Positions 31,085 through 39,885 are shown, counted from the stretch's first letter. The stretch: 64,000 nt of DNA from Spirochaetia bacterium (GCA_963677925.2 CAXXYH010000004.1:1-64000); one strand, 5' to 3'. Program-made: numbers and translations. The notes: generated by a model from the letters alone, not told the origin.

Positions 31085-31108
31085 CGTACGGATTTATAAA
31101 TCCGTACG
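31085..31108. promoter_or_regulatory. 24-bp palindrome copy 4
   Basis: Perfect palindrome CGTACGGATTTATAAATCCGTACG. Confidence 0.7.
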
Positions 31109-31180
31109 GGTTTTTAAATAAAACCGCAGAGTATCTCAAGTATTGGCGAAAAAATACATCACGTATATTATAGAAAAACA

Positions 31181-31414
31181 ATGAAAGAAGATTATAATTT
31201 TTTTACTAACAGAAATTGCAGATTCTACCCATGCCATCCGGGATTATCAGAAATAAACTGTCTTTTCTGCTTCTGCCCCCTGTATACACATAAAAATTGC
31301 GGGGGAAATTTCAGACTCACAGAAAAGGGAATAAAAGACTGCAGCGGATGTATAAAACCCCATATTCCTGGAAATTACGAGCTTATTATAGAGAAGTTAA
31401 AATCATTAGATTAA
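31181..31414 (+). CDS. Cysteine-rich small domain (zf-like) protein
   Basis: NRNCRFYPCH...NCLFCFCPLY...CGG...KDCSGCIKPH; TTGGCG-17-TATTAT promoter upstream. Confidence 0.85.
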   Translation: MKEDYNFFTNRNCRFYPCHPGLSEINCLFCFCPLYTHKNCGGNFRLTEKGIKDCSGCIKPHIPGNYELIIEKLKSLD

Positions 31415-31475
31415 TTATCAGATTATTTTATTGAACAATAGAAAAACTATTATATAATTTAAAGTAGAGGGCAGG

Positions 31476-32633
31476 ATGGATCAGAACCCCGATTTGACAC
31501 TGCGCAAATTTCTTGCACCCGAAATTATTTTCGGTCCCGGAGCAAGGAAGCTGGCAGGACAATACACTCAGAACCTGGGACTCAGAAAGATACTCGTTGT
31601 AAGCGATCATGGTGTAGCAGCAGCAGGATGGACAAGCGAGCTCATTAATCTGCTGAACGCCGAGGGGGTTGAAACAGAAGTTTTTCTCGATGTCACTCCA
31701 AACCCCAAGGATCATGAAGCAATCAAGGGCGCTGAAGTCTACCGTAGAACCGGCTGTGAAGGTATTATCGCTATCGGCGGCGGAAGCCCCATGGACTGCG
31801 CAAAAATAATCGGGCTATTGGCTGCGAACCCGGGCAATCCCATGGATTATATGGGCATCGATCAAATACCGGACCCGGGCCCTCCTATGATATGCATACC
31901 TACCACAGCCGGATCATCAGCCGATGTATCACAGTTCGCAATTCTTACCGACACTGAAAGACGGGTAAAAGTGGCTTTTGTAAGCAAACTGCTCGTACCC
32001 GATGTTGCACTTATTGATCCGGAAACCACCGTTTCAATGGATAAATCTCTAACCTCGGCAACAGTTCTTGATGCCCTTACCCATGCCTTTGAAGCCTATG
32101 TGTCCAAAGCACATTCACCAATTACCGACATACATGCTGCAGAGGCAGTTAAAATCATACTGAAAGATCTTATACCATGCCTTGAAAATCCTGAGAATAT
32201 TGAGCTTCGAAGCAGACTTATGCGGGCAAGTATGGAGGCAGGGCTGGCTTTCTCCAACACAAGCCTCGGCGCTGTTCATGCTCTCGCTCACAGCCTGGGG
32301 GGCTACCTTAATGCTCCGCATGGCGAATGCAATGCAGTTCTCTTATCAACGGTCATTAAATTCAACTGGCCGAACGCCTCCGAAAGGTATATCCGGCTGA
32401 TGGAAATGTCAGGAATTCAAATTGATGACAAAAAATCCTCATCCGGAGTCACAACTGCGCTCAACAAATTGATAGAAGGTGCTGTTGTGGATGAGGAACC
32501 TTTTAAAACCATAACTGAGACAGATATTGAAAGTATGGCCTCTCGTGCCATAAACGATCCATGCCTGCTCACCAACCCGAGAGAATGCAGCGAAACTGAT
32601 TTGAAGGAACTTTATGAGCAGGCCTTTGGATGA
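31476..32633 (+). CDS. Iron-containing alcohol dehydrogenase, ErcA-like
   Basis: LRKFLAPEIIFG, GGGSPMD, PTTAG, DALTH, VHALAH, HGECN; TTGAAC-16-TATAAT upstream. Confidence 0.88.
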   Translation: MDQNPDLTLRKFLAPEIIFGPGARKLAGQYTQNLGLRKILVVSDHGVAAAGWTSELINLLNAEGVETEVFLDVTPNPKDHEAIKGAEVYRRTGCEGIIAIGGGSPMDCAKIIGLLAANPGNPMDYMGIDQIPDPGPPMICIPTTAGSSADVSQFAILTDTERRVKVAFVSKLLVPDVALIDPETTVSMDKSLTSATVLDALTHAFEAYVSKAHSPITDIHAAEAVKIILKDLIPCLENPENIELRSRLMRASMEAGLAFSNTSLGAVHALAHSLGGYLNAPHGECNAVLLSTVIKFNWPNASERYIRLMEMSGIQIDDKKSSSGVTTALNKLIEGAVVDEEPFKTITETDIESMASRAINDPCLLTNPRECSETDLKELYEQAFG

Positions 32634-33672
32634 AAAAAGGGATGATTCTTTTAATTCTGTCATAGGACTGGGAACATCATCGATAAGAAAAAGTTATTAC
32701 CCGGGGCTAAAGCGCTTCCGGGCACTTCTTGATCAAAGCTCCGAAGGCATTATTCTGGCAACTCATCCTGAGGGCGGAATAATAGATATTAATGATACAG
32801 CACGTGAATACTCGAAGTCTCTTAGCCAGAAAGAAATTAAAACTATATTTGAACTTTTTAATGACAAGCCAGAACTGATAAAAGCGCTTAAAACAGATTA
32901 TACTTCTTACAGTATCAGCCACCACCCAAAGAACGACTCCAGAGAACTATACCTTGATATATCATGCAGGAAGGTAAACTTTGAAGGCAGAGATTATACA
33001 GTTCTTATAATGCATGACGTTACTGAAAAAGAGAGGCTTCTTCTTGCTCTTAAACAGTCACTTGATGAGAAAAACGTTCTTATCAAGGAAGTACATCACC
33101 GTGTAAAAAACAATCTCCAGCTCGTAAACAGCCTTATCAATCTTCAGGATCAACCACAAAATCATAATGAAGAAATGGAGCAGTTCATAAACGATCTAAG
33201 AACACGAATCCTTTCTATGGCACTGGTACACGAACAGCTTTATATTTCTGATGATATGAACCATATCAATATGCCTGAATACATTCACTCTCTAACTGAA
33301 TCTATCCGTAGTACAATTCCTGGAAGTGCCTCAAATATTGAAATGGTTCTTGATGTAGATGACATCGGTGTTACTGTGGACAATGCAATTCCACTTGGAT
33401 TAATGCTTAATGAAATGATCACAAATTCCTTCAAACACGCATTTCCTGATAGAAAGAAAGGAAAAATAGAAATTCATCTTAAAAATAACGGAAATGAACT
33501 CGAAATAATCTTTCAGAACAATGGAATTCCCTTCCCTGAAAATTTCGACATGGAAACATCGGGGACATTGGGAACGGCGTTGATATCTTCACTTGTGCTT
33601 CAGCTCAATGCAGAGATGGAATTCAGAGGAACCGACGGGGCCTTTTACTGCATTAAAAAAATAAAATCATAA
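32614..33672 (+). CDS. Cytoplasmic PAS-domain histidine kinase (HisKA_2)
   Basis: IGLGTSSIRKSYYP N-terminus, PAS-like region ending HDVTE, EVHHRVKNNL, NEMITNSFKHAF. Confidence 0.88.
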   Translation: MSRPLDEKRDDSFNSVIGLGTSSIRKSYYPGLKRFRALLDQSSEGIILATHPEGGIIDINDTAREYSKSLSQKEIKTIFELFNDKPELIKALKTDYTSYSISHHPKNDSRELYLDISCRKVNFEGRDYTVLIMHDVTEKERLLLALKQSLDEKNVLIKEVHHRVKNNLQLVNSLINLQDQPQNHNEEMEQFINDLRTRILSMALVHEQLYISDDMNHINMPEYIHSLTESIRSTIPGSASNIEMVLDVDDIGVTVDNAIPLGLMLNEMITNSFKHAFPDRKKGKIEIHLKNNGNELEIIFQNNGIPFPENFDMETSGTLGTALISSLVLQLNAEMEFRGTDGAFYCIKKIKS

Positions 33673-35107
33673 GAGCAAAGCCGATAAACATTATACCGGT
33701 TAAGAGCTTCACAGTTCCAAGATGTGTCTGAAAAAGACTTGTGATCTTTCTGGATGTGACACCTATATAAACAACAGCAAAAACAGCGGCAAGCGGAATA
33801 ATAAAAGCAATATTATAAACAGCAAGCAGTCCCCAGCCTTCATGAGCGTTTCCGGTCTGAATCATATAAGTGATAGTTGGAAAATAGATTTGCCCTGTAC
33901 ATCCAAGTTCAAAGACTGATACGAGCATTCCCATGAGGATGGAACTTCCGGCTATTGCTGCTGACTTTGAATACGTCCTTATCGATGAGTGTATTTTCTT
34001 TTTCATATAATCGGGAAGCTGAAGAATGATATCCTTTGATTTTCCTCTTTTTATAACCGAATAATCATAAAAACTTAAGCCCGCGAAGACAATAAGAACA
34101 GCAAGTAGAAGCCACCTGATTATTGTACTGATAACAGAGAAAGACCCTGCAATCCGGATTACTCTGAAAAATCCCAGACCGATAAGATAATAGGTAACAA
34201 AAACGGCGAGAGTAAAGAAAAGCCCTATCAAAAGGGTTTCCTTACGGCTTCGGCCGGCAACACTCAGTGCGCTCAGCAGAAAAATTAAAGTGGTAAAGGC
34301 GCAGGGGTTAACCCCGTCAAGAAGCCCTGCAGCGAATACCGCAACAAGGGTTATCCCCTCTGACGCAGATGCAGACCTTCTCTCACCGGCAGATACAGCC
34401 ATCTGTTCCACAGACAGATCACCGGAAACCAGTCTGGAATATTCCCTCCGTATTGCATCCTCCCCCTGAAACACACCGTTGACCGAAATCAGTACCGGTA
34501 CAGCATCAAGACGGACGCCGTAATCATCCAGCAGCTGAGACATCAGTTCATAATTCTCAGCACCTGTGATATCACGTAGCGTAATTGGAATTTCCGATTC
34601 AGAAATAAACTTGTTGCAGCTTCTGCATCCGGCGGTATAAAAATAAACCGGAAGTTCAACAGCTGAGGTTTCCGGCTCAATTGCCGCTTCTGAATCAGCG
34701 ATGGAGACCCCGTCCCCGGAACCTGCAACAGAACCTGTTACAACGAAAAAACCCTTCGGAAGTTCAGGCAGATTTGTCCTTACAATAATCAGCTTTTCAA
34801 ACTCCCCGGAATCATCTGAGCTGTCAAAATATATTGTGAACGAAGCAGTCTTCTCCGGTGCAATCTCAAGGAAGTCAGGAGCTATCGAAACACAGCTGCA
34901 GGTACTGATTAATTCGACCTCAGCAGCTGTTCCGGATTTATTTGTAATCTCAACGGTTTTCTCTGTAACAATTCCTGCTTCAAGCTCACCCGTGTTCCAC
35001 TCTGTAATACTGAATTCCAGACCGCTTTCCGCAAATACAGAAAACACTGCAGTAATTGTCGTAAAAACCAGAGTAAGTATAAGTTTCTTAAAGGAAATTT
35101 CAGCCAT
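33653..35107 (-). CDS. CcdA/DsbD-like membrane protein with N-terminal DUF1573-like and CxxC domains
   Basis: Signal peptide, STCSC, AGCRSC, DGVNPCAF and FELGCTGQIY within TM segments. Confidence 0.75.
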   Translation of the reverse strand: MAEISFKKLILTLVFTTITAVFSVFAESGLEFSITEWNTGELEAGIVTEKTVEITNKSGTAAEVELISTCSCVSIAPDFLEIAPEKTASFTIYFDSSDDSGEFEKLIIVRTNLPELPKGFFVVTGSVAGSGDGVSIADSEAAIEPETSAVELPVYFYTAGCRSCNKFISESEIPITLRDITGAENYELMSQLLDDYGVRLDAVPVLISVNGVFQGEDAIRREYSRLVSGDLSVEQMAVSAGERRSASASEGITLVAVFAAGLLDGVNPCAFTTLIFLLSALSVAGRSRKETLLIGLFFTLAVFVTYYLIGLGFFRVIRIAGSFSVISTIIRWLLLAVLIVFAGLSFYDYSVIKRGKSKDIILQLPDYMKKKIHSSIRTYSKSAAIAGSSILMGMLVSVFELGCTGQIYFPTITYMIQTGNAHEGWGLLAVYNIAFIIPLAAVFAVVYIGVTSRKITSLFQTHLGTVKLLTGIMFIGFALMILFF

Positions 35108-35999
35108 TTTTGAGATTCTTAATCAGTTCTTTTTTATATTCATCAAAAGCTTTTTCAACACCCGGATCCTGGGGATCCACTTCGTAATTAAAATACCTGA
35201 AGCTGTGTTCAGTAGATCTGATTTTTCCAAACCGGACATCGAAATCAATGCGGCCGACCCTGTTGCCCTCTTCTCCCGGAGAAAGAAGCAGCCTGTTACC
35301 GTCAGCCTTCTCATAAAGCATCTGATCATGGGCGGCAAGAACTGCATCCCAGCCGTTTTGTGCATTAAAGACAACCTCGGCATCATCTATATGCCCGTGA
35401 TAAAGCAGGATTTTAATATCAGCATCATCCATCATTTCCAGCATAACAGCTGATGTTTCTGCAGGATCGTTTATTTTAAGCCTTGATTTTACTTCATCAG
35501 GATAGAAGTAGAAAACAGAAGAAGAAGTCACCGAAGCTATCCCGATTTTTACACCCTTACGGTTATAAATCACTGGTTCCGGAGTTATCATTCTTCCATC
35601 GAGGATTATATTGTTGGAAATATAGTCCGTTGTTCGGGAGTTCTGTTTGAAAAAATCAATTCCTGAAGCAAACTCCTGATCACCGGCGGCAACCAGATCA
35701 TAGCCGATATCCTTGTACAGTTTCATCATCGTCGCAGAAAGCAGGTTATCAACTCTGGCATCAAGAACATCACCAAGATCAATAATAACCGATTTTGAAT
35801 GATCTATTGTACGTAGAAAAGTCGCGGATGATGACAATCCGCCCTTTGGAACCCCCTTGCATTCACAGCCGATCAGATTACCGTTTAATGATGCTGTAAA
35901 GAACACAGAGACAGTTTCAGCAAATACCGGTACCGATAAAAAGCCTGATACCAGTATCAGAATAAAAAGAGAGGTTTTAAGCGGTTTTCTAACCGTCAA
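35100..35999 (-). CDS. Exported 5'-nucleotidase/UshA-like metallophosphoesterase-fold protein with a CxC motif
   Basis: Signal peptide; TASLNGNLIGCECKGVPKGGL, IDLGD, GDQEF, LLYHG, AAHD. Start uncertain (TTG at 35999 chosen). Confidence 0.65.
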   Translation of the reverse strand: MTVRKPLKTSLFILILVSGFLSVPVFAETVSVFFTASLNGNLIGCECKGVPKGGLSSSATFLRTIDHSKSVIIDLGDVLDARVDNLLSATMMKLYKDIGYDLVAAGDQEFASGIDFFKQNSRTTDYISNNIILDGRMITPEPVIYNRKGVKIGIASVTSSSVFYFYPDEVKSRLKINDPAETSAVMLEMMDDADIKILLYHGHIDDAEVVFNAQNGWDAVLAAHDQMLYEKADGNRLLLSPGEEGNRVGRIDFDVRFGKIRSTEHSFRYFNYEVDPQDPGVEKAFDEYKKELIKNLKNG

Positions 36000-36492
36000 G
36001 CGCTTCACTGAGTATACTCCGTAAAGTTTCAACATCCTCTTCATGATAACCTACAGTTTTAAATACAATTTCCCCTTCGGGATTAATAAGAAACAAGGTT
36101 GGCAGAGCTTCAACACCGAATGCCTGAACCGATTTCTGATACTTGTCAATCAGCACAGTTACAGGGGTCGGACGTTCTGCAAAGAAAGGCTTAACAATAT
36201 CGAGGCCTTCCTTGTCGGTTGCCATCAGGATCACCTTAAAGTCTCTATCCGAATATTCATTATATAATTCTTCTATATGAGGCAGTTCTTCATTACAGTT
36301 TTCACACCATGTTGCATAAAAATCAACAAGAACCCAGCCTGTGAAATAGATCTTCTTTGAAAAAGCATAATTCTTATTGATATCCGGCAGAACAAAGGCC
36401 GGGGCCTGTTCTCCTGTTTCGGCAGAAAAGACCGGTGCCGCGGCAGCAATAAAGATTACAGCAGTTAATATAAGTATAATTCTCTTCTTCAT
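35989..36492 (-). CDS. TlpA-family thiol-disulfide oxidoreductase
   Basis: Signal peptide; APAFVL, DFYATWCENCNEELP, ALPTLFLINPEG. Confidence 0.88.
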   Translation of the reverse strand: MKKRIILILTAVIFIAAAAPVFSAETGEQAPAFVLPDINKNYAFSKKIYFTGWVLVDFYATWCENCNEELPHIEELYNEYSDRDFKVILMATDKEGLDIVKPFFAERPTPVTVLIDKYQKSVQAFGVEALPTLFLINPEGEIVFKTVGYHEEDVETLRSILSEALDG

Positions 36493-36559
36493 ATTCAAAT
36501 GATAACACTAAAAAGAAGCTGATTCAATTCGAATTCTGCAATCCTGCACTTTTCGCCTA

Positions 36560-36588
36560 TTGACCGATAATAAAAAAGCGGTTAGTCT
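36560..36588 (+). promoter_or_regulatory. Sigma70-type promoter of the ilv leader
   Basis: TTGACC-17 bp-TAGTCT. Confidence 0.55.
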
Positions 36589-36609
36589 TTTTATCAGGAT
36601 AACAGAGAT

Positions 36610-36735
36610 ATGAATCCGGTAAAAGCTGCCGTTTCAGCGGTCACAGTCCTTAACGTACTCATTAACGTTCTAGTTAACGTCGTCGTGGTCAGTGTGGTCG
36701 TCAGAAACTCATTCAGAGCCGGAAACAGCTGTTAG
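36610..36735 (+). CDS. ilvBN attenuator leader peptide, 41 aa
   Basis: MNPVKAAVSAVTVLNVLINVLVNVVVVSVVVRNSFRAGNSC*: 14 Val, 3 Leu, 1 Ile; directly before a terminator and ilvB. Confidence 0.85.
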   Translation: MNPVKAAVSAVTVLNVLINVLVNVVVVSVVVRNSFRAGNSC

Positions 36736-36754
36736 AAGCTATTTAGCAAATACA

Positions 36755-36789
36755 AGCCTGTTGACGGTCAGTCAGCAGGCTTTTTTTTT
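36755..36789 (+). terminator. Attenuator terminator upstream of ilvB
   Basis: AGCCTGTTGAC-ggtca-GTCAGCAGGCT followed by T8. Confidence 0.9.
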
Positions 36790-36849
36790 GCCGAAATTGA
36801 TTTAGAAATTCTGACAATTTCTGTAAAACAAAGCCGGAGGTAAATTGAT

Positions 36850-38562
36850 TTGGATAATGAAAAGAAAAAGAAGCATCGTAAAACGGGCGCCGGAGCAGTT
36901 TTAAAGGCTCTTGAGAAAGAAGGGGCTGAAATAATTTTCGGTTACCCCGGAGGAGCGACCCTTCCTATTTATGACGAACTGGATCATTCCAGCATAAGGC
37001 ATGTCCTTTGCCGGCATGAGCAGGGCGGAGCACACATGGCAGACGGTTATGCCAGGGCAACCGGAAAGCCCGGGTTATGCATGGCAACCAGCGGACCTGG
37101 CGCCACAAACCTTGTAACCGGACTGGCAACCGCCTTCATGGACTCATCTCCTGTTGTCGCCATAACCGGGCAGGTACCTAAAACAATGGTAGGAAATGAT
37201 GCATTCCAGGAAGTCGATATTACCGGCATCACCATCCCGGTAACCAAACACAACTATCTGGTATCTGAACCGGAGGATCTGGAATATACAGTCAGTGAAG
37301 CCTTTTACCTGGCATCATCAGGGAGGAAGGGTCCAGTTCTTGTCGACATACCGAAGGATGTCCTTTCTACCGAAATTGACACATCAAAAACCAGTAAATT
37401 CCAGCCTTCCGATCTTGAAGGCTACAACCCTGTTATCAAAGGGCATTCGGGACAGATGAAAAAAGCTGCCGCGCTTATCAGCAAAGCAGAAAAACCGCTC
37501 CTTATCTCCGGCGGCGGTGTTGTCAGTTCAAATGCAGAAGATATTTTTACCGGGTTTGCAAGAAGTACAGGGATTCCGGTAGTTTCAACCCTGATGGGCA
37601 AAAACGGCTTCCCCAACTCGGACCCTCAGTATCTTGGACTTTCAGGGTATCACGGGACCGCAGCTGCCAACAACGCAATTCAGAATGCCGATGTTATCAT
37701 AGCGGTTGGAACCCGTTTCGGCGACCGCTCGACAGGACCGGTTGCTACATATGCGGCAAAAGCTGATATCATCCACATCGACATAGATCCGGCCGAAATA
37801 AGCAAGAACATCCCCTCTTTTCTGCCAATAGTTGGTGATGCGGGTAAAATACTTGAAGCACTTAATGATCTGCTTCATGATAAAAAGAAATCAGCCGAGT
37901 CGGCTGCACGTAAAGAATGGATCAGCTTTCTGAATAACATCAGAGAAAAGCACACAAAGCCGACTGACTATTCCAGCCTTAATATTCCATGCATTCTTGA
38001 AACGGTGAAGGAGATGGTTCCCGATGCCATTATCACAACTGATGTAGGCCGCCACCAGATGTTTGCGGCTCATTATTTTCCTGTTGATAAAAAGAACTCA
38101 TTCATCACTTCCGGAGGTCTTGGAACCATGGGTTTCGGACTGCCGGCAGCTATCGGCGCTAAAGCGGGAAGGCCCGATGAAACAGTAATTTCGATAAGCG
38201 GAGACGGCTCCTTTCTGATGTGTATTCAGGAAATTGTAACAGCCGTAGAAGAGAACTTTCCTGTAATTGCCATGGTAATGAATGACCAGCGGCTTGGAAT
38301 GATCAGCCAGCTTCAGAACGCCTTTTATTCTGAAAGATATAAAAGCTGCGATCTGGGTTCATCAGTTAATTACGCAGCAATGTCCGAGGCCATGGGCGGA
38401 ATTGGAATCAGGGTAACCGAGCCTTCCGAGATAAGACCGGCAATAGAAAAAGCACTGGCTGCAGACAGGCCGGTAGTAATTGAATATATGCTTGCACAGA
38501 AACTTAATACATATCCGATGGTAACCGGCGACAGCCTTCTGGATTTCATCGAAGAGGATTAA
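36850..38562 (+). CDS. ilvB: Acetolactate synthase large subunit
   Basis: FGYPGGA, RHEQG, ATSGPGATN, GRHQM, SGGLGTMGFG, GDGS TPP motif; TTG start after GGAGG. Confidence 0.96.
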   Translation: MDNEKKKKHRKTGAGAVLKALEKEGAEIIFGYPGGATLPIYDELDHSSIRHVLCRHEQGGAHMADGYARATGKPGLCMATSGPGATNLVTGLATAFMDSSPVVAITGQVPKTMVGNDAFQEVDITGITIPVTKHNYLVSEPEDLEYTVSEAFYLASSGRKGPVLVDIPKDVLSTEIDTSKTSKFQPSDLEGYNPVIKGHSGQMKKAAALISKAEKPLLISGGGVVSSNAEDIFTGFARSTGIPVVSTLMGKNGFPNSDPQYLGLSGYHGTAAANNAIQNADVIIAVGTRFGDRSTGPVATYAAKADIIHIDIDPAEISKNIPSFLPIVGDAGKILEALNDLLHDKKKSAESAARKEWISFLNNIREKHTKPTDYSSLNIPCILETVKEMVPDAIITTDVGRHQMFAAHYFPVDKKNSFITSGGLGTMGFGLPAAIGAKAGRPDETVISISGDGSFLMCIQEIVTAVEENFPVIAMVMNDQRLGMISQLQNAFYSERYKSCDLGSSVNYAAMSEAMGGIGIRVTEPSEIRPAIEKALAADRPVVIEYMLAQKLNTYPMVTGDSLLDFIEED

Positions 38563-38570
38563 AGGAGAGA

Positions 38571-39059
38571 ATGATGAATCATACAATTGCAATTCTATGT
38601 GATGACCAGCCGGGTGTAATGACAAGGATATCGGGACTCTTTTCACGGCGCGGTTTTAATATTGAGAGCCTTTCAGTCGGCCATACCGAGATTCCCGGAA
38701 AGAGCCGCTTCACTATTGTTGTCCAGGGCGACGACAATGTCCTTGAACAGGTCAGAAAACAGCTTCAGAAACTGGTGCATGTGATAAAGGTCTGGGACAT
38801 AAAGAAAACCGAGGCTGTAGAGCGTGAACATGCTCTGGTAAAGATTGAAGTTAAGCCTGAGATCAGAAGCGAACTGCTGCAGATAATTACTGCAATTCAG
38901 GCGCGTATAATCGATTCAAATGAACTTGTATGGGTCCTTGAAATTACCGGAGACACCAACGCGGTAAATAATGCATTCAACCTTCTGAGTGATTACAATA
39001 TTATTGAATCTATCCGAACAGGTAAGCTGGCTCTTAAACGGGGCGCTCAGGCAAAATAA
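38571..39059 (+). CDS. ilvN: Acetolactate synthase small (regulatory) subunit
   Basis: DQPGVMTRISGLFSRRGFNIESL ACT domain; IRTG. Confidence 0.95.
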   Translation: MMNHTIAILCDDQPGVMTRISGLFSRRGFNIESLSVGHTEIPGKSRFTIVVQGDDNVLEQVRKQLQKLVHVIKVWDIKKTEAVEREHALVKIEVKPEIRSELLQIITAIQARIIDSNELVWVLEITGDTNAVNNAFNLLSDYNIIESIRTGKLALKRGAQAK

Positions 39060-39801
39060 TACTGAAAGAGCTTCCGGTTCCAACAACGCTTTCGACATGC
39101 AGCGAGGCTCCAAACAGCCCGGCATAACGGTGTGAGGCAATAAGCCCAATGCCTGTGCCGGGTTCGTCTTCTGTCCCCATATGGCGCCAGATTATTTCCG
39201 GCTTGAACAGTTTGGCTATGTTTTCTGCGGATATTCCTGTTCCACGGTCACTCACTTTAATTCTCTGATTCCCGCTCTCTCCGGAGCATTCAATTATAAC
39301 TGAGGCCCCCCTGGCAGAATATTTCACAGCGTTTGTAATATAATTTTTAAGAACAAATTCAAGCATTTCAGAATTCGTATAAACCAGCATATCTTCTGCA
39401 TAAAGATGTTCAAGAGAAATTTCTTTTTTCTCCGTCCATGATTGAAGGTCGGCTTCTACATCGTACATAAGAGTCCGCAGGGGAATCAGCTCAATGACGT
39501 CATTCACCTTTCCGCGTTCTATCTTGCCCCATTCAAAAAGGGTCTCAAGCAGCCTGTATGTATTATTGATGGATTCATGAATATTCTCAACATACAACTT
39601 TCCATTGCCGGAACAGATGTTATCTACATCATTCAGCAGCATACCTGACAAACCAATCAGTCCGCTGAAGGGACTGCGGAGATCATGCGAAGTGATGGTA
39701 AAAACTCTGTTTAGAATGTTCTTCATATCAGCCGCGTATTCAGCCAGTTCGGCAGGAGTCATGTCTTCTATTTTATTTTCATCTAGAGGATAATGTTCCA
39801 T
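39034..39801 (-). CDS. Short cytoplasmic histidine kinase with no evident sensor domain
   Basis: SHDLRSPF, NYITNAVKYS, DRGTG, GTGIGL, GTGSSF. Confidence 0.85.
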   Translation of the reverse strand: MEHYPLDENKIEDMTPAELAEYAADMKNILNRVFTITSHDLRSPFSGLIGLSGMLLNDVDNICSGNGKLYVENIHESINNTYRLLETLFEWGKIERGKVNDVIELIPLRTLMYDVEADLQSWTEKKEISLEHLYAEDMLVYTNSEMLEFVLKNYITNAVKYSARGASVIIECSGESGNQRIKVSDRGTGISAENIAKLFKPEIIWRHMGTEDEPGTGIGLIASHRYAGLFGASLHVESVVGTGSSFSIILPERPV

Positions 39802-39885
39802 CCATTATATTATCGATCATAAAAAGAAGCATTAACAGTATTTTAAGGTACCATTTTGGCTAAATCTGTGTTATACAGTTATATT

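Noticed and set aside
25272-31108. Palindrome copies read as CRISPR repeats, integron attC sites or transposon ends
   Set aside because: Copies are 1.3-2.8 kb apart at a fixed distance from -10 boxes, with no cas, integrase or transposase gene in the window.
30987-31181. 64-aa minus-strand ORF
   Set aside because: It has no RBS, runs through the palindrome and the divergent promoter, and shows no recognisable features.
35850-35880. Possible selenocysteine in the UshA-like CxC motif
   Set aside because: Both codons are Cys (TGT, TGC) and there is no in-frame TGA.
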